Source: a virus (Duplodnaviria; Caudoviricetes). Taken from it: DNA of 33,104 bases. Of the stretch, positions 25,951 to 33,104 are shown piece after piece; within the stretch, counting starts at the first letter, position 1; every line of letters begins with the position of its first letter. The notes under the pieces were generated by a model. The model worked only from the letters and a program-made list of their open reading frames with translations, did not search any database and was not told where the DNA came from. Made by a program: the position numbers and the translations under genes. The DNA lies in the IMG/VR virus record IMGVR_UViG_3300035562_000036, positions 1 through 33,104 of that record, one strand, 5' to 3'.

Positions 25951-27744
25951 ATGGCCCAAAGCATTATCACGCGGGCGTTTGAAGCCTGGAACGTGAATAA
26001 AATCCTGAATAAAGAGCCAGCCAGGGCCGACAAAATGATTTTTGCCCTGATGCCTGGGCAGGATGAAAACGCGGAGATCGACCGCGGAGAAGGCATGCCG
26101 GAGGCTGGGAAAATCCAGCATACGGCTGAAATTACGCAATATGGTGCGCTGAACGAAAACGCCGTGGTGTATTCCGTGGTGCTGGATACCACGATCGGCA
26201 ACTGGGATTACAACTGGGTGGGGCTGGTCGATAGCGCGAGCGATACCGTGCTGATGATTGTGCATATTGCTACCCAGTCGAAAATCAAGACCGAGAACGG
26301 TCAGCAGGGCAACAGCTTGATCCGCAACCTGTCGATGCAGTTCGACGGGGCCGCAGCGGCCACGCAAATCACTGTAACGCCTGAAACCTGGCAGATTGAT
26401 TTCAGCGCCAGGCTGCACAGCATGGACGAATCGCGCCGCCTGGCAAACGTCGATTATTACGGTGACGCGGCATTCCGTGACGAGGGCTTCAAGGTTAGCG
26501 TGACCGGCAGCACTGCCAGTGTGGCCCCCGGTCTGGGGTATGTTGCTGGCCTGCGTGCCATCTTGGGCGAAGCGGATACGCTGGCAGTAACGGCAAAAAC
26601 CGGCGTATGGGTAGATATTTGCTGGGAAGGAACCGTGACGGGAGCCTGGGCGAACCGCTTCACCCTGCGCGCCGCCGACACGCTGGAAAACTATGTTGAT
26701 GCGGCAGGCATCCAGCACTATGTCACACGCATAGCCAGTATTGACGGCACGGTTGTGACGGATGAACGCAAGCCGTTCCCGCTGGATGCGCTGGAAAAGG
26801 AAGTTGAAGATCTGGACGTCTACAGCAAGGCGGAATCGGATGGCCGCTTTTTGCACAAAATCGGTGACACCGCTACCGGCCCGATCATTGCGCCTTATTT
26901 TTCCAGCACTCCTAATGTACTGCCGGAAGGCGCATGGGGTTATGCGGAGCAACTTAATGCTAAAGCCCCATTTTATCAACCAAATTGGCAGTGGGATGTC
27001 ACCCCTGATGGGGTATATACGCCCATTGTAAAAGGTAAAGCGACAAGGAAAGACCGAGGGTGGCCTACTGCGGTTAGCTTTGGCTATGTCATGCCGGGCA
27101 CGGATATGCATGCCCATCCGGTGATCCACGCTATCGGCGACGGTGGTCAGGAGTGTATTTGGGATTTCAACACGCAAACGGGGCGCATTGCCAGCAAGGC
27201 GGGCACGTTCGCCATCAAGGAAGAAATCACCCCGGCCGGGGTACCGTTGCCGTGGCCGGGGAATTCACCGCCAGCCGGGTTTATTTTCATGCTGGGGCAA
27301 AGCTTTAACACTGGTGCTTATCCGTTGCTGGCGCAACTTTACCCATCTGGTGTGTTACCTGATATGCGTGGGCGTACCATTTTGGGCAAACCTGACGATC
27401 GTGGCCCCCTTCACTTGGCCGATGGTGAAGTGAAGAGCCACGGCCACGGTGGTGAAGTGTATTCAAGGGATTTAGGGCAACCGCAAACCACGGCAAATGG
27501 TGGTTTTCAACCTCGTTTACGTTCGTATAACTCTAATACGGCATTGGATGGAGGATGGAGCACACGCCATTCTATTGACCAGGACAGGGGATATAACGAT
27601 ATCAACATGATCGAGGCAGTTCCTGATCATGTGCACAGTCTCCCATTGGGGTGGCACAACCATGATTTGCGTATTGATGCCACAGGTGCTGTGAAAAATA
27701 CCGTTGATAACATTGCGTTTAACTACATTGTGAGGCTGGCATGA
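25951..27744 (+). CDS. Main tail fibre (gpH-like) with collar domain and HxH needle tip
   Basis: N-terminal NAVVYSVVLDTTIGNWDYNWVGL; collar PAGVPLPWP...LPDMRG; HGH/HVH/HNH; terminal NIAFNYIVRLA. Confidence 0.93.
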   Translation: MAQSIITRAFEAWNVNKILNKEPARADKMIFALMPGQDENAEIDRGEGMPEAGKIQHTAEITQYGALNENAVVYSVVLDTTIGNWDYNWVGLVDSASDTVLMIVHIATQSKIKTENGQQGNSLIRNLSMQFDGAAAATQITVTPETWQIDFSARLHSMDESRRLANVDYYGDAAFRDEGFKVSVTGSTASVAPGLGYVAGLRAILGEADTLAVTAKTGVWVDICWEGTVTGAWANRFTLRAADTLENYVDAAGIQHYVTRIASIDGTVVTDERKPFPLDALEKEVEDLDVYSKAESDGRFLHKIGDTATGPIIAPYFSSTPNVLPEGAWGYAEQLNAKAPFYQPNWQWDVTPDGVYTPIVKGKATRKDRGWPTAVSFGYVMPGTDMHAHPVIHAIGDGGQECIWDFNTQTGRIASKAGTFAIKEEITPAGVPLPWPGNSPPAGFIFMLGQSFNTGAYPLLAQLYPSGVLPDMRGRTILGKPDDRGPLHLADGEVKSHGHGGEVYSRDLGQPQTTANGGFQPRLRSYNSNTALDGGWSTRHSIDQDRGYNDINMIEAVPDHVHSLPLGWHNHDLRIDATGAVKNTVDNIAFNYIVRLA

Positions 27745-28505
27745 CAGGCACAGCGTTTGAATTTTCCGACAATCCGCAGTTTGTGTGGATTTATAACTTT
27801 GACGAAAAAGGGGTGTTTACCGGCACCCATCATTACCAGGTACCGCCACAGAGCGGGTTACCTGCCAACAGTACAACGGCACCCTGTCAACCTAAAAGCG
27901 GTATGACTGGGGTATGGAACGGTAAGCAATGGCGCGAAGTACCAGACCTGCGCGGGGTTGAATATTGGGACAAGCACGGCACCCCGTTTGTGGTCATGGA
28001 GATGATCGCCGCGCTGCCAGAATGGGCCGTCACCATAGCCCCGCCTGTTGCTGAGCCGGGTCATGTTTTGCTGTTCGCCGATGGTGAATGGCAGCAGTTG
28101 CAGGACATGACCGGCAAAACGTTTTACGGCGCATATGGGCATACGGCTACGGTACCAGAGCCCTATTTTGTCCTGCCGGAAGGTTGCACGTTTACCCCGT
28201 CAGGCACACCGTTTGACACCTGGAACGGCAAGGCGTGGGTGACTGATATTCAGGCGCAGACTGATGCGTTAGAGCAGGAAGTCGCCCAACAGCGCCAGCA
28301 GGTTGTCAGCCAAGCGCAGCAGCAGCGCCAGGAACTCAGGGCGATGGCTGACCAAGAGATCAGCGAGCTGGAGGATGTCATTGAACTGGATATGCAGCAG
28401 GACGGCGACGCCGATCGGCTCACCGCGTGGAAAAAATTCCGGGTGCTACTGGGACGGATTGATCCAGCAGCTGCGCCAGATATTGACTGGCCGGTGATGC
28501 CGTAA
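27741..28505 (+). CDS. Tail fibre assembly chaperone (Tfa family)
   Basis: GLPANST..P, repeated WNG..W, C-terminal WKKFRVLLGRID..APDIDWP. Confidence 0.9.
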   Translation: MTGTAFEFSDNPQFVWIYNFDEKGVFTGTHHYQVPPQSGLPANSTTAPCQPKSGMTGVWNGKQWREVPDLRGVEYWDKHGTPFVVMEMIAALPEWAVTIAPPVAEPGHVLLFADGEWQQLQDMTGKTFYGAYGHTATVPEPYFVLPEGCTFTPSGTPFDTWNGKAWVTDIQAQTDALEQEVAQQRQQVVSQAQQQRQELRAMADQEISELEDVIELDMQQDGDADRLTAWKKFRVLLGRIDPAAAPDIDWPVMP

Positions 28506-29209
28506 TGTGGGAACAAAAGCGCCTCCACATCCCGGAAAACCTGCAAGGGGTAACCTGTTCCACCGTGGTGGCACATCCTTGGGTGTTTGGGCTGGGACAG
28601 GAAGAAGACTCCGGTTTTTACCTGAGCCCGCCGAATGCCGTTAACTACCTGGTTAGCCGCCTGGCCGGGGCATCGGTGCGCCAGGACGTTACCGTTATTT
28701 TGCTGACGTCGCCCACGCTGGCGGCATTTGTCACGCAACTGACCAGCGCCGCCGAGGTATTCCCGATGCCCACGCTCACCCAGGTGCAGCGCCGGGCCAA
28801 AACGGCGATCAGTCTGGCAACCAGTCGCATGCAGTTACCGGCTGTTGCCGGTGGTTTGCCGCCTGCGGTGGCGTTATCGGTCAGCACCACCCGGTTGGCT
28901 ACCGGCGCGCAATCACTTATCCAGGCTATCGCCGATGCAGCGGTACCCAGTACCCCGGAAGGCATTACCGCCCAGCTTGCTGAATTTACCCAGCAGCGCG
29001 CTGCCCTGTTGGAGGCAGCAAAAGACGGGCTGGCGCAGTTGCAGGCTGGAAGTATTGCCGTTTGGGCGGTTTCCGCTATCGGTGACACACAGACTGCTAC
29101 CAGGCTGATGCGTGATGCGGTGCCGGAGGCTGACCGTGTTTTCACGTTGGCGCTGATGTTTGTTGGTGACGACCTTGCGCCACTGCGCGCGATGTTGGGG
29201 GCGTTATGA
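28505..29209 (+). CDS. Conserved HP1/K139-type tail/baseplate protein
   Basis: Coupled ORF after tfa; HPW..G and YLSPPNAV motif. Confidence 0.7.
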   Translation: MWEQKRLHIPENLQGVTCSTVVAHPWVFGLGQEEDSGFYLSPPNAVNYLVSRLAGASVRQDVTVILLTSPTLAAFVTQLTSAAEVFPMPTLTQVQRRAKTAISLATSRMQLPAVAGGLPPAVALSVSTTRLATGAQSLIQAIADAAVPSTPEGITAQLAEFTQQRAALLEAAKDGLAQLQAGSIAVWAVSAIGDTQTATRLMRDAVPEADRVFTLALMFVGDDLAPLRAMLGAL

Positions 29210-29760
29210 CGCAAATTATTGTCCTGGCGCTGGATGGCGAAGCCATTCTGATGAAGAGCATTCTGGTCACGCCGTCCATGCAGATCCAGGATAAAGACCA
29301 GTCTGGGCAGGCCAGTAGCACGGCCAATGCTGAGCAAGGGGTCAAGGGCAAGGAATTGCGTGTGTCCGGTTTGATCCCCTTTGCCGAAAAGGGGCAACTG
29401 ACTCGCCTGTTTGCGCTGGCGGAGGCAAAAAGCGCCAGTGGGGGCATGAAACGCTACCGGGTGGCTCACGAAGTGGCCCAGGCGATCAAGTTCCGCGAGG
29501 CGACGTTTTCGGGCAACGTGGATGCGGTACCGCAAACTGACCGCATGGCCTGGCTGGTGAATTTCACCCTAAAAGAATATTTCAGCGTGGCCGAACGCAA
29601 GGCGATGCAGGCAGCGGCCGCTGGCGGTGGCAAGGCTACCACTGCCCAGACGGCTGGCGGTACCGGCAGCGCCGAGGAATCCCCTGAAAAGCTGTCATGG
29701 TTTGAGGGCGTACTGAAAAAAATTGATACGGCCATAGGGCCGGTGGAGCCTGAAAAATGA
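29206..29760 (+). CDS. Conserved HP1/K139-type baseplate-associated protein
   Basis: DQSGQASST..AEQGVKGKELRVSGLIPF; coupled ORF. Confidence 0.7.
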   Translation: MTQIIVLALDGEAILMKSILVTPSMQIQDKDQSGQASSTANAEQGVKGKELRVSGLIPFAEKGQLTRLFALAEAKSASGGMKRYRVAHEVAQAIKFREATFSGNVDAVPQTDRMAWLVNFTLKEYFSVAERKAMQAAAAGGGKATTAQTAGGTGSAEESPEKLSWFEGVLKKIDTAIGPVEPEK

Positions 29761-31430
29761 AACCGGTGATTACCCTGCGCATCGGCAGTGAAACCGTGGC
29801 GGTGGCCTCTCAGCATGTCTGGCTTGAGCTGGCCGGGTGTGGCCGTGGTTTTATCACGGCACTCACCCCCACCGACCATACCGGCCAACTGGTGCGTCTG
29901 GATTTGGGGTATGACAATACGGTTTACCGCTGGTTTACCGGCTATGTGGAGCGCAGCAGCCCGGCAGAGAATGGCGCGCAGCGTTTTTCTGTGCGTGAAT
30001 TGGTCGGTGTGTTTGCGGGGGACTGGCCGGTATCGTTGCAACACCCGACGTTGCGCGATGTGGTCGCCGACGTCGCCCGGCGTACCGATATGGTGTTTTC
30101 CCTGCCGGATAACGCCAACTATACCGACACACCGATACCACACTTTACCCACAGCGGCAGCGGTTATCAGCTGCTGGCTAATCTGGGGCGGGCCTTTGGC
30201 ATCACGGATTACACCTGGTTTCAGCTGCCTGACGGCACGGTCTATGTGGGCAGCTATGCACATTCCCGCTTTGCTGACGCGCCGATCGATATTCCAACCG
30301 AATTTATTCAAAATGCAGCCGGTGGCAATAGCATCACGCTGCCCGCAATCCCGGCCATTCGTCCTGGCGTGATCGTCAACGGCCAGCGTATTACTCAGGT
30401 GGCGATTAAAGATGACAAAATGACACTGACCTGGACACCACTCAACAGCCAGGGAAAACCGGCCCAGAAAAGCCCGGAACAGCGTCAGATTGATAAAATT
30501 TATCCTGAACTCAGCGCCGGGCTGCACCTGCCGCGTCTGGCGCGCGTCATGGGGCCGACCGATAGCGCGACTTTGGGTGACCAGGCCGACCCATTCCGGC
30601 CCCGCTATGCGGTTAACTTGCAGTTGCTGGATGAGAACGGCACAGCGGTGAAAGATACCCCGGTTTACAACGCGGTACCGTTGCCGGTACCGATGGCCGG
30701 GGCCGAAGGCGGGTTATTCCAGTATCCGCCCGAAGGGACGCTGGTCGAGGTCGGGTTTGCTGACGGTCGGCCTGATAAGCCGCTGATCCGCCAGACCCTG
30801 CCGGACGGTCATGCGCTGCCGGATATCAAGCCAGGCGAACAGTTGCAGCAGCAGCGCGCCGGGGTGAGTCAGCGGGTGACGCAGTCTGGCAGCTGGCAGC
30901 GGGAAACTGACCAGGCGATCGAGGAATCCAGCAGCAAGCGTACCGTCAGCAGCGACGAGGAAGGCCGCACCACCACCGCGCGCACAACGCTGGTGCAGGC
31001 CAACGACACCACCACGGTACTGGGTACCGCCAAATTGTTGGCCGGGGCCGTGGTGCAGTTGGCTGATGGTGATTACACGGTTGGGGCATCGGGTAACCTG
31101 GTTAGCCGCTGCAGCAAAGACAGAATCAACGATGTTGGCCAGAACGATAGTCTCACAGTGGGCGGTTCGCTCACCGAGCAAATCCAGGGCATCCGGCGCA
31201 GTGTGGCAGCGGTTCAGGAACTGCTCGCGCCATCCATCCGCCTGGGTAGCGAGGATGTGAACGTGTTAAGCCTGTTGACTGATACCCTGGACGTGATCAG
31301 CCAGTTGGCACAGCAGACCGCCAGCCATACTCACAGCAATACCGGCACGCCGACCAACGCGGACGCCATCGCGGCGACCAGTGAACAAACTAAAGCCCTC
31401 AATAAGAAATACGCCTCTTACATTGACTGA
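29757..31430 (+). CDS. Baseplate hub/spike-like protein (last late gene of HP1-type phages)
   Basis: DPFRPRYAV, P.EGTLVEVGFADGRPDKP (OB-fold spike), beta-repeat region, terminal HTH metal-binding tripeptide. Confidence 0.75.
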   Translation: MKPVITLRIGSETVAVASQHVWLELAGCGRGFITALTPTDHTGQLVRLDLGYDNTVYRWFTGYVERSSPAENGAQRFSVRELVGVFAGDWPVSLQHPTLRDVVADVARRTDMVFSLPDNANYTDTPIPHFTHSGSGYQLLANLGRAFGITDYTWFQLPDGTVYVGSYAHSRFADAPIDIPTEFIQNAAGGNSITLPAIPAIRPGVIVNGQRITQVAIKDDKMTLTWTPLNSQGKPAQKSPEQRQIDKIYPELSAGLHLPRLARVMGPTDSATLGDQADPFRPRYAVNLQLLDENGTAVKDTPVYNAVPLPVPMAGAEGGLFQYPPEGTLVEVGFADGRPDKPLIRQTLPDGHALPDIKPGEQLQQQRAGVSQRVTQSGSWQRETDQAIEESSSKRTVSSDEEGRTTTARTTLVQANDTTTVLGTAKLLAGAVVQLADGDYTVGASGNLVSRCSKDRINDVGQNDSLTVGGSLTEQIQGIRRSVAAVQELLAPSIRLGSEDVNVLSLLTDTLDVISQLAQQTASHTHSNTGTPTNADAIAATSEQTKALNKKYASYID

Positions 31431-31589
31431 CCATCCCGGCCAGGCAATTAATCAATATTCCCCCATGAAAGCAGTTAGCTAGAACGTTATGTGCGGCCCG
31501 CTATGCGGTGCTGCATTTTTTGCATCGACCTATCACCATTGCATTGGATTAACCGCGTGGTGGCCCGCATGCGTGGCACAGGGCGTAAA

Positions 31590-32040
31590 TCCGGTGAGGT
31601 AAAAGAAGTGGCACGTAAAACGCACACGCCCACCAAGCCTGCGCAAAATATTTCTGGACTTTTTTTCAGTGTGGTGAGTGTACAAAACATATCGCCAGGC
31701 CGCGCCAACGCTAAGGATCGCGCAAGGATCGCTGACTGTAACGAGTGACAAGGATTTCAGTGAATTACAGTAAATGCGACGATCTCGGCAGGATCGCAAA
31801 AGTTCAATGCATTGATAGAAAAGGGGTTTTCTATTTTACGTCAGATCGCCGGGCGACATTTCCCAACAAAAAAATAAACGGTAAAAACGGCTGAAACCAG
31901 CAACGGCGCGGCCTTGCGGGGAGTTAGGCAAAATTGTAGTAACTGTAATGATCTGCATGTGGCGCGGCCAAGGTGCGCGGAAATACCTACCAAGTTGATC
32001 GGTTTGAGCGATCAATTCGCATGTAATTGATCTGCGTAAT
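31590..32040. other. Probable cos/packaging region
   Basis: Non-coding stretch between the last tail gene and att, where HP1-type phages have cos. Contains GGCGCGGCC repeats in both orientations. The cut site cannot be identified from sequence. Confidence 0.45.
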
Positions 32041-32129
32041 CAATTGGAGGATGTGCGGATATATCAGTAGGATAAAAACCGTACAGATTAAACGCCATTA
32101 CCCTGGCAGCTTAGTATCAAGGATTGGAT

Positions 32130-32294
32130 ATGGTTTTTTGCAAGACGTGCGGGTTATGGATTTATCATCTGTCAGATGGCGGCGATTCAGGGTCTGATTA
32201 CTGCGACAAGTGCAGGCCACCAGGTGTTATACGCCGGGTCATTACAAAAATTATAAAGCTCGTTCGGACTACCTTTAGCAGCAAAGAGAAATAA
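32130..32294 (+). CDS. Small CxxC-x17-CxxC zinc-ribbon protein, 54 aa
   Basis: Manual translation MVFCKTCGLWIYHLSDGGDSGSDYCDKCRPPGVIRRVITKIIKLVRTTFSSKEK. AAGGA SD upstream, terminator downstream. Confidence 0.6.
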   Translation: MVFCKTCGLWIYHLSDGGDSGSDYCDKCRPPGVIRRVITKIIKLVRTTFSSKEK

Positions 32295-32316
32295 TCCCAA
32301 CACCAGGGAAAACCCC

Positions 32317-32340
32317 AAACCCGCCGAGTGCGGGTTTTTT
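32317..32340 (+). terminator. Intrinsic terminator
   Basis: AAACCCGC-CGAGT-GCGGGTTT ending in a T6 run. Confidence 0.85.
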
Positions 32341-32436
32341 ACGTCTGTAGTATAAGGAGTTGAGTAATAGAACTGCTGCGATTGGAGATAAACGCTGATA
32401 CAATTCGGCGAATGCGTTTAGCGTACTTTCTTAAGC

Positions 32437-32490
32437 TGTGGTCAGTATGAGGACGTGATAATTAAAAATATCACTAAAATCATATTGTTA
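32437..32490 (+). promoter_or_regulatory. att arm: Int arm-type sites (TGTGGTCA, TGAGGACG) and IHF-like site (AATCATATTGTTA, 32478-32490)
   Basis: Resemble the P2 arm consensus TGTGGACA and the IHF consensus WATCAANNNNTTR; adjacent to the core. Confidence 0.6.
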
Positions 32491-32501
32491 CATTTAAAAT
32501 T

Positions 32502-32515
32502 AAAGTACCATGAGT
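32502..32515 (+). repeat. attR core AAAGTACCATGAGT
   Basis: Exact repeat of 159-172. Confidence 0.92.
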
Positions 32516-32540
32516 GACTTGTTTGTGGAGGGGACGGCCA

Positions 32541-33104
32541 ATGTTTACGGGAAGTATAGTTGCACTGGTTACGCCGATGGACGACACAGGTGCTGTCGAT
32601 CGCGCGAGCCTAAAAAAATTGATTGATTATCATGTAGCCAGTGGAACTGCGGCCATCGTTTCCGTAGGGACTACCGGCGAGTCTGCAACGCTTGCCCATG
32701 ACGAGCACGTTGACGTGGTATTGCAGACGCTGGAACTGGCCGCAGGCCGTATTCCGGTGATCGCCGGTACCGGCGCCAACGCCACCGCCGAAGCCATTTC
32801 GCTGACCCAGCGCTTCGAAAATAGCGGCGTAGTGGGTTGCCTGACGGTCACGCCTTACTACAATAAACCGACTCAGGAAGGGCTGTATCAGCACTTCAAG
32901 GCCATTGCCGAAAGCACCGCACTGCCACAAATCCTCTATAACGTGCCTTCTCGCACCGGGTGTGACATGCTGCCGCCGACGATTGCGCGCTTGGCAAAAA
33001 TCAAGAATATTGTTGCTGTTAAAGAGGCAACAGGGAACTTAAGTCGTGTAAGTCAGATCCAAGTGCTGGTTGATGATGAAGATTTCATTTTGCTGAGCGG
33101 CGAT
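32541..33104 (+). CDS. dapA: 4-hydroxy-tetrahydrodipicolinate synthase, 5' part (runs off the window)
   Basis: Manual translation [14 protein letters not shown]...GTTGES...[16 protein letters not shown]...LYNVPSRTG...VKEATG. GGAGG SD. Confidence 0.98.
   Translation, partial: MFTGSIVALVTPMDDTGAVDRASLKKLIDYHVASGTAAIVSVGTTGESATLAHDEHVDVVLQTLELAAGRIPVIAGTGANATAEAISLTQRFENSGVVGCLTVTPYYNKPTQEGLYQHFKAIAESTALPQILYNVPSRTGCDMLPPTIARLAKIKNIVAVKEATGNLSRVSQIQVLVDDEDFILLSGD

Larger units (their letters stand above)
159..32515. mobile_element. Apparently intact P2-superfamily prophage (P2-type immunity region, HP1/K139-type morphogenesis genes)
   Basis: Bounded by a 14-bp direct repeat between gcvR and dapA. 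Contains int, C, cox, gpA, ogr, portal, terminase, capsid, tail, lysis and fibre genes with no obvious truncations. Confidence 0.95.

Noticed and set aside
25870-27177. 435-aa antisense ORF over the tail fibre
   Set aside because: Fully opposite a well-supported gene, and the sequence does not look protein-like.
25951-28505. Tail-fibre inversion system or diversity-generating retroelement
   Set aside because: No invertase, reverse transcriptase, inverted fibre cassette or template/variable repeat pair was seen by eye.
28645-30527. 296-aa and 353-aa antisense ORFs
   Set aside because: Shadows of coupled plus-strand tail genes.
31487-31799. Three overlapping 73-88 aa ORFs after the last tail gene
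   Set aside because: They overlap each other, lack SDs and lie in the probable cos region.
32040-32100. Possible LexA box near ATATATCAGTA / CCGTACAG
   Set aside because: No CTG-N10-CAG with correct spacing, and no tum/dinI-like antirepressor was recognised.
32610-32930. Minus-strand ORFs 32610-32930 and 32630-32851
   Set aside because: Antisense to dapA, which the ORF track missed only because it lacks a stop within the window.

Overview
Nearly the whole window is one apparently complete ~32.3 kb Peduoviridae (P2-superfamily) prophage. It is inserted between the divergent host genes gcvR (left, partial) and dapA (right, partial) of an enterobacterium, probably Serratia-like (inferred from gene order and protein style only). 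A 14-bp direct repeat AAAGTACCATGAGT (159-172 and 32502-32515) marks attL and attR, and it contains the -10 element of the dapA promoter. The phage has a P2-type int/C/cox switch, an early operon with an orphan C5 DNA methyltransferase and gpA replicase, and HP1/K139-type head, tail and lysis modules. The most notable signal is missing from the ORF track. Between attL and int lies a RyfA/TimP-like type I toxin-antitoxin module: a 39-aa hydrophobic peptide (348-467, minus) and a divergent ~80-nt sRNA whose 5' end is complementary to the toxin leader. A 10-bp-period repeat array separates their promoters. Its AAGTCC core matches phased RARTCC motifs at attL and at the C/cox switch, which suggests the phage excisionase/repressor Cox controls the module. 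Other points: an unannotated 54-aa CxxC-CxxC gene near attR, a candidate phage-supplied promoter for dapA, an extra fibre-like gene, a probable tail-chaperone frameshift, and a terminase ORF running 323 nt into the portal gene. All family assignments come from recalled motifs and gene order; no searches were run.
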